A stretch of 64,000 nucleotides of DNA, from contig JBBQZX010000016.1 of NCBI GenBank assembly GCA_038207335.1, forward strand, positions 1-64,000. Direction: 5' to 3'. Origin of the DNA: Chthoniobacterales bacterium (GTDB lineage Bacteria > Verrucomicrobiota > Verrucomicrobiia > Chthoniobacterales > Chthoniobacteraceae). Each line of letters starts with the position of its first letter. Position 1 is the first letter of the stretch. This document shows positions 31,601-46,600 of the stretch, piece by piece. The notes beneath the pieces are model-generated. The model was not told the DNA's origin and did no database searches. It saw only the letters and a program-made list of their open reading frames with translations. The position numbers and the translations under genes are program-made.

Positions 31601-34600
31601 CGAGTCGTTGCCGTCGCCGCCGTCGATCGTCACCGGCACGAGCACGCCCTCGGCGATTTCGAAATCGTCGTCTCCGTCTCCACCGTCGCCGTAAATCGAG
31701 GTGACGTGCTCAAACGTGTTGCTGCGCCCGAACGCCGTGACGCGGATCGTCTCATCGCCAGCCGTCCCGCCGATGTGCTCGATTTTGTAGCCCTCGGACG
31801 TCCCATTTTCGCCGACGCCGCGGTTCTGGTTGCGCGCCTTGCTCGTGTTGAGCACGAGTTCGCCGCCACTCCAGCCGCGAGGATTGTTCCGGTCGCCCGC
31901 GAGATACACCGGCTTCGGCAGCTCGAGGTATCCGATCGTGAAGTCGTGCGAGAAAGTGACGCTGAAGAAGAAGAAGTCGATCGTGACCGAGAGCGAGAGG
32001 ACGATCGGAACGCGGCCATTTCCCTCCACATGGAAACGGGCGCCGAGACTGACACCGAGCGGGAAGCCGAAGATGTAGGCCTTCACGTAGCCCGTCAGCT
32101 CAAGGTTGAAGATGAAGTAGTCGTTGCCGATCGCGTCCTTCGTCACGATCGACGTGATGTTGAAGTGAACGCCGCCCTCGATGCCGAAGAAGTCGTTTCC
32201 GATCTTCAACTTGCCATCGATGGTGACGCTGAAGCTGCCGGTCGAGTCGAGCCAGCCATTCACATGCAGTCCGGCGAAGCCGAAGAGATTCACGCCGGCA
32301 TCGAAGTCGAAGCGCCATGAATTGAACGCCGAGACTCGAATGCTGAAGCTCGCGTCGAGTTTCAAAATCTTCAGGATTTCGAGGTGCCCGGCGACCATGA
32401 GGTAGAAGCCGTTCGGCACGCCGTCGCGCGTCGCGCCGGTGGTGTTGATTTGCAGGCGGCCCGCGGCCTCGATCGAGAAAACCGCAACGTCGGCTCGCAG
32501 GCTCACAGCGACGTCGAGCACGAGACCGCTCGAATAAACCGCGGCCAAACCGTGTGCCTCGAACTCCAGCCCGCCGAGCAGGAATGAGACATCGAACTGA
32601 ATCCGAATGCCGTCCGCGCCGATGAAGATCGAGATGCTGCCGGAGCCCTTCGCGAAGCCGAGGAACTCGACGGAGCCATTAATGGAAATGAGCACGCCGG
32701 GCTGAATCGTGATGCCGACGAGCGTCTGCGCGCTGCTCGTCGTGTTAAGCTGCAGCATCGCGCCGACCGAGAATTTCAGCCCGACTCCGCCGCCGAAATT
32801 CGCGCCGAGGCTGAGCGACAGCGCGGCGACGAGGCCTTGTGAGGTGATGCGGAAACCGCCGCGCACATCGACCTGCCCGAGCGGCCCGATGACCGCCGTC
32901 GCCACGACCGTCACTTCGAGCATGTCGGGGCTGAGCGTGAACTCGAATTGCCCGTCGAGGGTGATCGCGTTCGCGATATTGAGCGAGCCGCGCAGCCGCA
33001 GATGCACGCCGGACGGCACGGCGACCATGCCGACGACGAGGTTGTTGTTCGCATCGCGCTGGAACCGTCCGGTCACCGGATCGATGACGAACGTCTGCAC
33101 CGTGCTGTGCGGATTCCCATCGTCGAAGGTGTTGAATTCCACCAGGAATTCGCCGCTGAACCGGACGCCGGGAATGCCGTCCGCAACGCGCACGAGATAG
33201 ACGCGGCCGACGACGCCGGTGTTATCCGCGTCGCCGATGAAGACCGAGAAATTCAGCGTGCCGGATACAGCGCCAAGCACTGGAATCTCACCTCCCACCG
33301 CGCCGGTGACGGTAAACTCGCTCGTCGAACCGACCGACGCCTTGATCTGAATGAAGCCGGTCAGTGTGATGACCTGCGCGATGCGAAGCTCGGCCTGGAT
33401 CGTGAAGACGAGATAGATCGACGGCACAGCGGTCGCGCTCCGCAGGCCGTCGAGTCCGGGCGGGCCCGCGTAAATGTTGATCGATGTCGGATCGCCCGGG
33501 GACAGCAGCGGAATGAAGGACTGCGGCAGGTCGAAGACCTGATCCGCCAGGGTCGTATTGAACATCAGCGTGACCGAGCCGCTGACCTCAAAGATGTCAC
33601 CGACGCCGGGGATTCCGACATTCGCGCCCGCCCCAACGCGCAGGTATCCGGCGATGCCGGGAATCTCGCCCGCCTTCGTGGTGCCATACACGATCTCGAG
33701 CAGACCGGTAACTTTCCCGTAGGTGATCGGTCCCTCCTTGAATTCCGCATCGACGAATACCTCGAAGCGCGTGCTGCTGATCTTCAGGTAGAATAAGCCA
33801 CGCAGGCGGAAGAGCTCTTGGTCAGCGCCCGGCGGCTTGATGACCGCGCTGCCGAAGAGTTCCAGCGTAAAGGTCTGCGGCGCGAGGACGTAGGTGCGTA
33901 CGAGCGGCCCGCCATTCGGCCCGATGCCGGGAAGCTTGATCGTCTCGGTCTTCGCGACGGTCGTCGTGTTGATTTGAAGGGTGCCGCCAACATCGAAGTA
34001 GATGCCGTACTGCTGGAGTACCGTGAGATTGCTTTGCACCGTCGCGACGCCCCAGAACTGCGGCGCCGGGCCTGTCGTCCCGCTGAGATCGAGGATGAAG
34101 CGCGCCGCCGTTGCGCCGATCGCCCCGATTTTATAGACCCGAAGCTCGCCGCTGAAATCGAGCTGCACGACTTTCCGCGCGAGGTCGATTTCGATCGTCG
34201 CCTCGGCCTTCACGCTGATGAGCGGCTCGTCGAGCAGGTCGGCGAGCCGGAGTTCGACGGAGCCGGAAATCTCGATGAAGAACGACTGCGCCTGCGTAAT
34301 AACTTTCACGGTCTGGACGCCCGCCGCGCCCTGTGTGCCGCTCGAATCCTGCCACTGACCCGCGAGGAAGGTGACGGTCAGCGTGCCGGTGTCGAACTGC
34401 CCGCCGAAGCTGTAGCGCCATGTGTTCGTCCCCGTGAGCGCGCCGGGCTGCGTCGGCACGCCGTTGACGACGACGTTCTCGCCGTTCGCGCCGGTCAGCG
34501 TGAACTCCTGACCCGGGTCGGTGATCGAGCCGGCATTGAGCGTATTGGTGCCGGTCGGCGTGAACGTAACGTCGATGTAGTGCTGGCCGTTGAGCGTCTC

Positions 34601-37600
34601 GCGGTCCGCGGTCTGGCCCACCATCGGGTTCGAGAGTGACGCGTGACCGACAGCGACGCTGAACACTTCGGAGCCCGCGAGATTCGCGATTCCATCCATG
34701 TCGCGGAAGCTGTTCGCGTTGAAAGTCACGGTGTAGGTGCCTTCGGAGAGCGCTCCGGTGAAGCGGTAGCGCCACGCGTTCGTCCCCTGCCCCGCGATCA
34801 TCACGCGCTCCGGCGCGCCGGTGATCGCGACCGCATTTCCAGCGGCGTCTTTGATCGTGATCTCGTCGCCGTTAATGCTGTTCGCGTCGAGCGTGCCGCC
34901 GGTCGGCGGACGGAACGTCACCTCGACGTAGCCCTGACTGTTGATCAAGTCGCGCCCGATGGCCGCGCCATTCGCCGGGCTGGTAAGCGCCGCCGTGCTG
35001 CCGGAAACGGTGAAGATTTGATCCGTCGCGACGTTGCCAAACATCGTGTCGCTGAAGCTCCCGCCAACGAAGCGAACCTTCGCCTCGCCCACCGAGAAGT
35101 CGCCGGTGAGGAAGTAGCGATACGTCGTCCCGCCGACCAGCAGCGGCGTGTCGCCGACCGTCACGCCCATCGCGCCGAGGCCTTCGAGCGTGAACTCCGC
35201 ATCCGGGTCGGTGATCGAGCCGGCGTTGATCGTGTTCATCCGCGACGGACTGAAATTCACGTCAATGAAGCTGTGGTTCGCGTAGCTCGACATGACCGAC
35301 GTGCGCGCAGCCGCGGGCGATCCACTCTCCGTCCAGCTCCCGGTCAGATAGTCGAGCGTGACATTTCGCGCATCCGCTGACAGCGACGTATCGGTGACGA
35401 AACGGCCCGTCAGGAAGTAGCGATACGTCTTCAAGCCAGCCGTGTTGCTGACGAGCAGCGGCGCGCGGTCGGGATCGAAACCGATCGAGCCGAGGCCGGG
35501 GCCGGAGAGCGCGAATTCCGCGCCTGCGTCGGTGATACTCGCGTCGTCCGCCGTGCTCTGGAACGCCACGTCGATGTAGTTGCGGCGGTTGATCTGGTTC
35601 AGGTCGATGAAGCCGCCCGGGCCCGGATTCAGCACCGCCGCTGTCGCGCCATCCGCGGTGAATTTGATCGCCGCCGCGACATTGCCGACGCCCGCCGTGA
35701 CCGAGCCGTCTGTTGCGGTCACGTCGGCATTCTTGAAGCCCGCGCCGCTCGCTCCATCGAAGGCCAGCACGTTCACCGTGACCTCACCGGTCTGGAAGCT
35801 CGTGAACGCCGCCGAGGTTTCGTCGGTCGTGAGGAAGTAGCGGAAGCGGTTCGCGCCGCTGTTCGAGATCGCCGCGATCAAGTCGGCCTGCGTCGCCCCG
35901 GTCACCGCGCGCACGGTCTGCACGCCATTCGCATCGATGACGGTCTCGAGCGGCACCGGGACGCCGTGCGTCTGATAGGTGTGACCGTTAGCCGTGACCG
36001 TGATTTCCGCGCCCGAGTCGAGGATCGAAGCGTAGTCGAGCTTCTGACCATTCGGCGCGTTGAAGGTCACATCGACGTAGGGCTTCGTGAACGGCGACGC
36101 GCTGCCGAACGGCGTGAGCGGCGGCAGCGGACGCCCATTGAGCACGTTCACGTCGATGTGCCCGGCCATCGGATCGATCAACGTCGCGGTCGGTTTCACG
36201 TCGCTCACCACGCCGCTGGTCGTCGCCACAGTTGTGAACGTGACTTCGTCGCCGCCCGCGTTTTTGAAGCCGAGCTTCAGCTTGCCTTGGATCGTCAGCA
36301 GCCGGACTTGATCCGGGATGTCGGCGAGGAAGAGCACGGTGACACTGCCCTGCGCGACTTTCGACAGGTCGGCGTAAAGCTTCGCGCTGAGGCTGATTTG
36401 GTCCGCGGCAAAGTTGAGCTTGCCCGCGATGAGGAATTTCCCGTCGGTGCTGAACTTGATCAGAATCTCGCCATTGAAGACTTCCTTCGACGTGTAGATC
36501 GTGAACAGCTTCGCGCCGCCGGTGATGGTGAGCGGCGAGGTGAACGCAGCCTCGAATCCGCTCATGCCGGGATTTGCGCGGATCGCCTGCACCTGCCGCA
36601 CGACCTGCATCTTCACATCGTCGAGCCATTGCTCCGGCGAGACATTCACGCCCGTGCCGAACGCCGGGCCGCGCAGCTCGAGCGGGTCGCTAATCGACGG
36701 CAGCGTTTTGAAGAATTCAACCCCGGCTACAAAGTCGTTGATGGAGAGGCCGGTGTTCGGTTCCAGCAAAATTCCGCCGGGCACCGAAGCGCTGATGAGC
36801 ACGCCGAGCGGACCGAGTTCGGTCAGCGCGAGACGGATCGTGAGCCCGCCGATGCCCGGGAATACAAAGCCGCCCTGGAGCCCGGCGAAGAAGACGCGCT
36901 GCGCGACCGGCGTCACTTCATCGGTCGAGGCGATGATTTGATCGGTCGCGCTGAGTTTCACGATGCCGCCAATGAGCGCCGCGCTGATCTCGCCGCCGAA
37001 GAGCTGGCCACTGATGCTCACGCCGATGCTCGCGATGTCGGTGATCGGGAACTCGCCGCGCAGCAACTTCGCCACGTCGATCTTCACCCCTTCGATCGCG
37101 CCGGCGAAAGTGAGACCCTTGATCCCGTGGATGCCCGTGACACTGGCCGAGAGCGTCAGGACGAATTCGGCCGGATGCTCCTGAATCCCGTTCGGCCAGG
37201 TGATGCCGAGCTCGGTGATGTGGATCGGCAGCCAGCTCGGCCATTTGAAGGTGTCGCCCGTCGCGCCGCCGACGCTGAGCACGACGCCGAAGCCGAGTTC
37301 CGGCCGGAATTTGCCGTTGCCGAGGATCGAGAAATTCCGCGCCTCACCGCCGATGATGAGTCCGCCGATATTCACCTCCGCGCCGACCGCGCCGACGGAG
37401 AGCAGCTTCTCCGTGCCAATCGCGCCGGTGTCGAGCCGCAGATTGCTTGCCGTCAGGGTGAGGACGCCGCCGAGTTCGACGCGCAGCGTATCGACGTCGA
37501 ACTTGAACGAATCGACCTTGCCATCCTTGAAAGTGAGCGTGGCCCGCAGCGCTTCGGTGTCGGGGGAGCCGGGGAGATCCTTGCCGGGCTCCGCGGTGAG

Positions 37601-40600
37601 CCGGTCCTTGATGGTGGCGTTGAACGCCTTGCCCGGGAAGAGCGTTGCGCCGCCAGAGGCGAAGAAGATCGAGCCGTTGAAGACGAGCGGGTTTTCGGCG
37701 TCGAAGTTGACTGAGAAATTGGTGACGCCGATGCGGATGTCGTCGAATTCGATGATTCCCTTGAGCCCGATTTTGCCCGGCGTCGGAGCGGTCTGGCCCG
37801 CGGGCGTGGGCATCGGCGTGAGGCCGTTCGGGTCATTTGCGGGCGTGACTCCGCCGAACTGGAGAATGGCCTGGCCGATCGTGAAGCCATTCTGCCGGAC
37901 GACGAGTCCCGGGATGACGCCGGGCGGGCCGGTCGTCTGCACTTTTCCGATCGGGGTCGGGTCGGCTGCCATTTCCGTCTCGCTGGCGTCGTGATTTGAC
38001 TGAGTCGTCGTGTCGAAAGGACGAATCCGGCCGGCAACATTCAGCGACGGGAAGACGATGTCGGCCGAGTAAACGCGGATCAACTCCTGGTCGCGCCCGC
38101 CCGCCGGATCGTAGGCGATGCGAATGCCTTGCGCGGTCACGGTGACCACATCCGGCACGGTCACATTCAGCGCCGCGACGGAGAAGCTGAACTTCCCGGG
38201 CACGTTGATTTTCACATTCCCGCTGAGCAGCCCGAAGACATCGACGGCCACATCGAGCGCTCCGTGGATGCCAAGCAGGTCCGCCGTGATCGCACTGGAA
38301 CTCTGCTGCGTCGTGCCCGTCGTCGCGCCCGCCGCGGGAGCGCTCCCGCCGAATGACAGCGACGCGCGGTCAGCGCCGATGCCGATCGTCAGCACGAGCA
38401 GCCCGTCTTTGAATCCGACTTTGTCGATGTCGATCGACGGACCTTGCAGCGTGAGCGGGCCGATGTTCAGCGGACCGCCCGCCGTGCTCGTGCCCGTCGC
38501 GTCGAGGGTGAAACGCTCCTGCAGCGGCGCATTCCCCGCGCCGTCGAGCGTCTTGAAGCCCCAGTCGAGATGCGCCGGACCTGCCGTGACGAAATCGACG
38601 AAGACCTCGCCCGGAGTCGAGCCCGTGCCCGCCTTGAACAGGCCAACCGCGTCGCCCGGGGTCGCGTCCGTGAGGTAGTAGCGATACGTCGTCCCCTGAA
38701 TCAGCAGAGGCACGGCACCGACGAGCACCGGGAAGCCGTTCCCATCGACTTTGATCTGCGCGACGCCGGAGCCGGAGAGCTTGAATTCGTTGCCGTTGAT
38801 TGTGCTCGGGTCGATTTTGCTTCCGTCTTTCGAGACAAAAGTCACGTCGATCCACTGCCGCCCGTTGAGTTGCGAGAGTTGCACGGAGCCGCCGCCATTC
38901 GGGTTCGCGAGCTGCGCGGTCGCGGCGGCGACGGTGCCGGGGCTCACGTTGCCGTCCGCATCGGTGAAGGAGAACGGAAGGATCGCCAACTCGATGTCGC
39001 CCGTCGGCAGCGTGCCGGTGTAGGTGTAGCGCCAGGTGTTCGGCTTGCCGGTCGGGTCGGGCTGCGTCGGCGTCTTGCCGATGGTCACGCCCGCGATCGT
39101 TTGGCCGTTTTGTTTCAGCGCAAATTCCGGCGCGTCATCGGTGATCGAAGCAGCTGTCAACGCGGTCGAGCCGAGCTTGAAGAACGTCACGTCGATCGTC
39201 TTGGCTGCGGCATTCAGCGCGGGCGCGGTCAGGAATTTCGAGTAGATCACGAACGCATCCGTCCGCGTGGTATTCATGACGCCGTTCATGTCGGTGTAAG
39301 TGCCCGGCTCAATTTTGACCTCAACACGCCCGGTCTCGCCGAACGACCCCGTGAACGGGAACCGCCACACGTTCGTTGTCCCCTGCCGCGCCGGCGTGCC
39401 GAGCGTGATTCCCGTTGGCGTGACGCCGTTCACTTTCAACGAAATCTCGCCGCCACCGACAGTCGAAGCCTTGATCCCCGCGCCCGTCGGATCGGTCAGC
39501 AACACATCGATGAAGCCATCCAAATTGATCTTCGCGAGGTCGATGAACTGCGTGCCCGCCGTGAAGACTTGCGTCTCGCCAGCGTTCGCAATGTTCAGTT
39601 TGTCCGTCCAAGTTTCCGGGAGGAAAGTGATCTGCACCGCGCCTTCCGGTAGGTCGCCGAGGAACGAGTAGCGCCAGACATTCGTCGTGCCGATGCGCGC
39701 CGGTTTTCCGATCACGGTCACGCTCGCCGGGATCGCGCCGTTCACGCGCAGGATGAATTCCGCGTCGGTGTCCTCGATCGTTTCCGGCTTGAGTTGCGCG
39801 TGGTTCGGATCGTTGAAGAGCACGTCGATGTAGTGCCGGCGATTCAGCGTGGCGCGGTCGGCGAGCACGCCCGCGACGGGATCGAAGAGGTCGGCAGTCA
39901 GCGACTGGACAGAGCCCGGCAGATTCGAGAGCGTGAGCGTCTGGCCGTAAACCGTGACGCCATTCACCGCGAGCGTCTGGAGCTGGAAGCCGTCCGCGCC
40001 GCCGATGGTGAAGATCGCGGTGCCCGTGATCGCAAACGCTTCCTGTCCACTGACGTTGATCTTCAGCCCGGCGGGCGCGCCGTTCGGGATGCCAGTCACC
40101 GCGACGGCGACGACACCGTTCGGCTTCTTGGTGAAGCTGATGCGGCCATCGAGCGAGAAGATGTTGCCGACCTTGAAGCTGAGGTCCCCGGTGAAGATCG
40201 CGACGTCATCAGTGGTCGTGAATTTCGCGAGCGTGATCGGCGAATCTCCCGGCACGCTGATCGACGTGGTCGGCGGAATAATGACCCCCGAGTTATTGAA
40301 ATCGACGGTCGCGAAGCCGGTCACGTCGAGCCCGTCGAGGCCAACGAGCTTCACGGTGCCCTCGGCGTGCAGCGCGTATTTCGTCACGCCGCCGATGTTG
40401 AATTTGATCAAGCCGAGCCGCGCATTGGTCAGCAGGACGCCGGTGGCGTTCGGGTTCTTTGTGCCGTCGGTGAGCGTGTAGGGCCCCTGGCCGAGGAAAA
40501 TCTCGATAGCTGCCGCACCGACTGCGCCGGTGGCATTGGCGAGCCCCGCGGGAGCGGAGCCAAAGCTCAGGCTGCCCTCGATACTCACGAAGTCGCCGAG

Positions 40601-43600
40601 CGTGATCTTCAAATCCTGCACGATGACCTGGAAGAAGGGACGCGTGCCGGACTTCACTTCCGTCGCGCTGAATTTCACCGCAACCGTGCGCCCGTTGATG
40701 TCGAGCATCTCATCGACCGCGGTCGGCGAAGTGTTGAAGCGCACGCCGACCGTGCCGCCGATGCTCGCGCCGCCACCCGATAGCGCCACCTCGCCGGTGA
40801 TCGTCCCCGCGATGCCGTCAGCTTTCAGCACGAGCACCGCACCCGCGTTTTTCAGCACCGGCAGGTCGTCCGCGCCGGAACCGGTGAAGCTCAGCCGCGA
40901 CACCGCGATGCGCGTGACTTTGCTGCCGTCGGCGCGCGTCGATTGGTCGAAGAAGAAGTCGCCGCTCAACGTGAATCCGGCGAACGTCGCGGTCGCATCG
41001 TAAGCCGTGACGCGAATGTAGGGGCCGCCCGGCACGTTGAGCCGCGTGCTAGTGCCGTTGAGCGTGAAAGTCTGATCGACCGGCGTCATCAGCGTGTTGA
41101 TCGCGAAGCCGATTGTGCCGCTGAGATTGAAGTCGGGAATCGTGACCGACGCCTTCACCGAGAAGCTGCCGGCGAGACCGCCCGGCGTGACTACGAGCAC
41201 GCCGTTGCCATCGCTGAGCGTGAAAAGCGGCGCGCCCGCGCTGTCCTTGAATTGCAACCCGATGTTCGTCGCGACGACCGTTACGGTCGCCTGCCCGGCG
41301 GTCGTCTGCTTGCGCTCGAACGCGAAGTTTCCGCTGATCGTCGTGCCGAGCACGGTAAGCGCGATGTCGGTGCCCTCGACGCGGACGAACGGCCCGGCGG
41401 GCAGCGTCAACGTGTTCAGCCCGAGGCCGGTGATCGTGTCCGGCTGCGTGGTCTGTCCGGTGGCCGTGCCGCTGATTCCAAGCAACCCCGCGGCTCCGAG
41501 CCCATTGAGCCCGACGACGGTGAGGCGCTTGCCCGCAGTTACCGCCGACATGTCGGTGAGTTTGATTTTGTCGCCGACGAGCGTCGCGATCGTCGATCCC
41601 GCGGCCGTGTTGATCTTGCCGATTACATCCGCAACGGTCACCGCGCCGGAGAGGTTGACGTTGAAGCTCGTACCGTCCCGGCGCGTGATTTTGAAGTGCG
41701 CGTCGTTGGCCTGCGTCGCGGCGAATCCGGTGACGGTCGGCGCGCTCGAAGCGGTGAGCGCGAGCGAGGCCACGGTCGTATCGATCACGCGGAAACGCAG
41801 GAACGTGCCGAACAATTCCGCGCGCACTTTCGAGCCGAGCCCGCCAGTGCCGAGCGCGGCGTTAAAGTCGGCCACGAGGTTCGCCGCGGTCGTGTTGTCG
41901 GCAGTCGCCGCAGTCGTGACGGTCACCTGTTGCACCGTGCCGCCGAGGTTCAAAGTCACGCTCACGTCGCTCGCGAATTTGCCGTTCGCAGGCGCCGCGA
42001 TCGTCGAGGTGAGCGTCAGTTCGATCGGCAATCCGTCGCCGCCCTTCACGTCTTTCAAGAGCGTCGGAGCCGCGGTCGTGAGCGGGATGTTCACCGCCGC
42101 GTTCGTCGTGTTGATCCGCAGCGAGAAGGTGCCGCTGAATCCGACGTTCGGAATATTTTGCACGCCGACATCCGCGCCGAGTTCACCAGCAACGCCCGCC
42201 GCAGTGATAATGAACGAGCCGTGGCCGTTGCTGACGGTGACGAACTCGGTGGTGCCGTCGCCGAGCCCGAGGTGAACGTTCGACGCCATGATGCGCACGG
42301 TTTGATTCGGCGCGACGCCCACTTTCTCGAACGAGAAATTCCCGCCGAGCGTCTGACCCGCGACGTTCATCGTAACGTTCGTGCCGCTGACTTTCACGTA
42401 GTTGCCGCCGGGGACGCTGATCGTGAATTCGTTCAGCGCGGAGCCGGTGATGACGCCCGCGACGCTCGGCGACAGCAGCCCGAACGAAGCAGCGGTGAGC
42501 GAGCCGTTCAGCGCGGTGACCGCAAACGCCGTCGCGCCGGTCGTGGTGTCGGTGAGCTTGATCGCCTCGCCTTCGAGCGTCGCGATCGTCGTCCCGGCGG
42601 CGGCGTTGATTTTGTCGATCACGTCTCCGACCGTGAGCGCGCCGACGAGGTTGACATTGAAGCTCGTGTTGTCGCGGCGCGTGATTTTGAAGTGCGGCCC
42701 GCTTGATCCGACCGAAATCCCGCTGCCGCCGCGCAGGTCGCTAAGGAGCACGCTGGAATTCACCGCGCCGACCGTGAAGGTCTGCGTCAGCGTCGTTGCA
42801 GGCAGGGTCGAGTCGGTATTGATGCTCACGCCGAAGCTGCCGGAGAAAGTAACACCCGGCACGTTCAGTTCGACCGTCGCGCTGAAGCTGCCCGCGATCA
42901 CGGTTTGGCCGCCCGCGAGTTTTTTCACGACCAAGCCGCCGCGGCCGCGCGACACTTTCACGAAGTCCGTCATGCCGTCGCCGAGTCGCAGCGCGGCGTT
43001 CGCGATGGCGATGGTCATGATGTTCACCGGCGCGGCGAGTGTGCCGATGTTCTGCTTCGCGAACGAGAAGTCGCCGCTGAGCTGCTGGCCCGCGATGTTC
43101 ACGGTGATGCCGGTCGCATCGACGCGCAGATAAGGCCCGGCGGGCAGCGCGAGGGTTTGCGTCTGGCCTGCGATCGTGAACCGCTCGTTCACCACGCTCG
43201 TCGTGTTGTTCAGCGAAAGCGTGAGCGTGCCGGTGAAGAGCGGCGTGTTCGCGGGATTGCCGTCCACGTCGATCGTGACGGCGCCGCCCACGGTGCCCGC
43301 GATACCGCCCGCGCTCGCGGGAATCGCTGGCGTCGTCGCGGTCGCGGCAACGGCGGCGATGGCCGGGCGCACGACGAAGAGCAGCGAGCCGCCGGTCAGC
43401 GCGAGGAAGTCCGTGGCGCCGTTGCTGAATTTCAGGCTGACGTTGCTCGCGGCGATGCGGATCGTTTTCGCCGTCGGCGAAAGTGTCACCTGCTCAAGGC
43501 TGAAGTTCCCGGTGATGTCCTGGCCCGCGATGTTCAGCGTCGCGGGAGCATTCGCGCTGCCGATTTCCACGCGGACAAACGGCCCGGCGGCCAGCGCGAG

Positions 43601-46600
43601 CGTGACAACCTGGCCGCTGCCGAGCGTGAGGGATTGGTTCACCGCGACGTTCGTGTTGTTGACCGCGAACGAGACATCGCCCGAGAAGCTAAAGCCCGGG
43701 ATATTCTGAACGGTGACATGCACCGCGAGCTGGCCCGCGATGCCCTGCGGCGTCACGACGAACGAACCGGTGTCGCCCGGGTTTTGCGTGACCGTGACGT
43801 ATTCCGTCGTGCCGTCGCCGAGGTGGATTTGCAGGTTCGCGACCGCGATGCGGATGATCTTTTGCGCGGGCGCTTTCGTCACCTGCTCGAACCCGAAGTC
43901 AGCCTGCAGCGTCTGGCCCGCGATGGTCAGCTTGACGGCCGTGCCGGTGATTTTCAGGTACGGCCCGCCGGGCAGCGTGAAGGTCACAGGCGGCACAGTC
44001 ACGAGCTTGCCTCCGATGAAGGCGCTGCCGGAGCTGACGGCACCGTCGCCCGCCGTGAGCTTCAGCTTCGTCGCAGTCGTGAAGCCGTTGCTGTCCGCGA
44101 CGATCGGAGCCGTCGCGCCCGCGGCGTTGTCTACGATCTTCAACCGCCCGTCGGTCGTGAGGCTCGCGACGACTGGCACGCTCGCCGTGGTCGCCGCGAG
44201 ATTGATGCGCGCCACGACATCGCCGAGGGTCAGCGCGCCGCCGAGATTCACGTCGAAGAACGTGCCCGAGCCGCCGTTGCGCGTGACCTTCAAATGCGCG
44301 TCGCTCTGCTTCTCGGCAAAGAGCCCGACCGTGACCGAGAACGCCGTGACCGCGGGATCGGTGACCTTGAATTCCACGAGCGTGCCGGCGGCGACGGCGG
44401 AAACACGCGAGCCGAGCCCGGCGGTGCCAATCGCCGACGTGAGGTCGCTGATGAGATCCGAAATGCCGTTGTTCCCCGACTGGCCGAGGAGCGTCACCGC
44501 GGTGGTCACACCGTTGAGATTGAAGTTGAACACGACATCCGCGCCGCCGGTCCATTTTCCGCCGGTTGGCGCGACCGCGATGGTCTGCACGAGCGACGAC
44601 GCGACCGGCGCGACCGTCGCAAAGCCGAGCCCGGCGACCGCCGTCGTCAGCGTGAAGGTGGTCATCGTCGGGTCGATCACACGCAGCCGCAGCAAGGAAC
44701 CGCTCGGCCCATCGACGAGCTCGGCGACGACTTTCGACGCGAGGCCTTTCGCGTTCAAAACAGCGTTCCAATCCTTCACCAAGTTGTCCTGCGGATTCGA
44801 GCCGACCGGCAGCAGATTGTCGTCCTGCTTCGTCGCATTCGGCAGCGCGCTGGAGACCGGGAACGTGACGATCGTCTCAACGCCGTTCAGCGTCAACGTC
44901 ACGCTCACATCGACACCGTAGCTCCCATTCGCCGGAACGACCGCCGTCGAAGTGATCGAGCGCGCAGCGAAGCCGAGCGTGTAAACCGCGCTGACTGAAA
45001 GCGACGTGACGCCCGGATCGGTCGCGGTGAAGATGAGTTTGGCACCGACGTTCGAGGCCACGAGTTGCGCCCCGAGCCCGGCAGTGGTGAGCGCGGCATT
45101 CACGTCGGCAATGAGCGCCGCCGGCTTGTCCGTCGCCTGCAAATTATCCGTCTGCGCGGTCGCGGTGACAGTGACCGACTTCGTAACGCCGTTCACTTTC
45201 ACGAGGAACACGACCTCCGCCGAAACCGTGCCGCTGACCGGGTCCGCGAGCGGATCGATGAAGCGCCCGCTCGCCGGCACCACCGTGCTTGTCGTCAGCA
45301 CGATGCCGTTGCCGATGCCGGTGCGGTTGTTGAGCACCGTGAGAACGGTCGAGCCGTCGAGCGTGGAGAAGGTCAGCGTCTCGTTGACCGGCGCGGTGCC
45401 GGTGTTGATCTCAAGCCCGAAGGTCCCGTCGAAGCTGACGCCCGGAATGTGCAGCGTGACCGTGCCGCCGAGCTTGCCCGCGAGCGCGGCGGGCGTCGGC
45501 GGGACCGCGGTCGGATTTGCGGGGAAGAGGATGAGATAGCCGTTGCCGCCGTCGAGCGTGACGAAATCCGTCGTGCCGTCGCCAAGCCCGAGGTGGACGT
45601 TCGCCGCGCTGATGCGCGTCTGCGTCGTGACCGCGAGCGTGATCGGATCGGTGAACGTGACATTCTCGATCGCGAAGTCGCCACTGAGCGTCTGACCCGC
45701 GACGCTGAGCGCGATATTTTTGCCCTCGACGCGGACATACGGCCCGGCGGGCAGATGCAGTTCGATCGAGACGCCGCCCGCGGTGAAGGTCTCGTTCACC
45801 GGCTTGCCGCCGTTGTTGATCGAGAAGGTGAAGCCGCCCGCGAAGCTCACACCGGCGGGCAATCCGCCGATCGCGATGTCCGCCGCGATCGTGCCCGCGA
45901 GGCCGTCCGGCGAGATGAGGAACGCGCCCTGTCCGTTGCTGATTTGGACAAAGCCGCCGAGGCTCAGGGAAACCTGCGTAACCGCGAGGCGCACGCGTTT
46001 CTGGCCGAGCGAATTGGTCGCCTGCTCGAACGAGAAATTGCCGCGGAGCGTTTGGCCCGCGACCGTGATTTCCGCGGGGGTGCCGACGACCGCGCCCTTG
46101 AGTTCCGCCCGGAGGTATGGCCCGGCTGGCAGGTCGAGTGGGAAGTTTTGGCTGTTGACGACGAAGGTCTCGTGAACCTCCGCGTTGGTGTTGTTGATCG
46201 TGACGCTGATCGTCGCGTTGTTGAGTCCGAAGGCGTTGCCGAAGTTGAGCGTCGGGTTCGCCTCGATGCGGCCCGAAAGTCCCGCCCCCGTGACGAGGAA
46301 GAGCGCGGATTGACCGGCGCTCTGTTTGATTTCCACGAGCGGCGGCGCGAGTCCGGTCGGACCATCGGGATCGGCGAGAGCGATGTAGGCGTTGGTCACC
46401 GCGACCTTCACGACACGAGTGCCGTTCGTCCGCGTGAACTGCTCAAACGCGAAGTCTCCACCGATCGCCTGTCCCGCGACGGTGAGCTGAATGTCAGTGC
46501 CTTCCACCCGCAGGAACGGACCGGCAGGCAGGTCAACGTGAATGACTTCGTCGGATAGCGAATTGCCGACGATCGAGCCGGGCGTCGCAACCGCGGCTGA

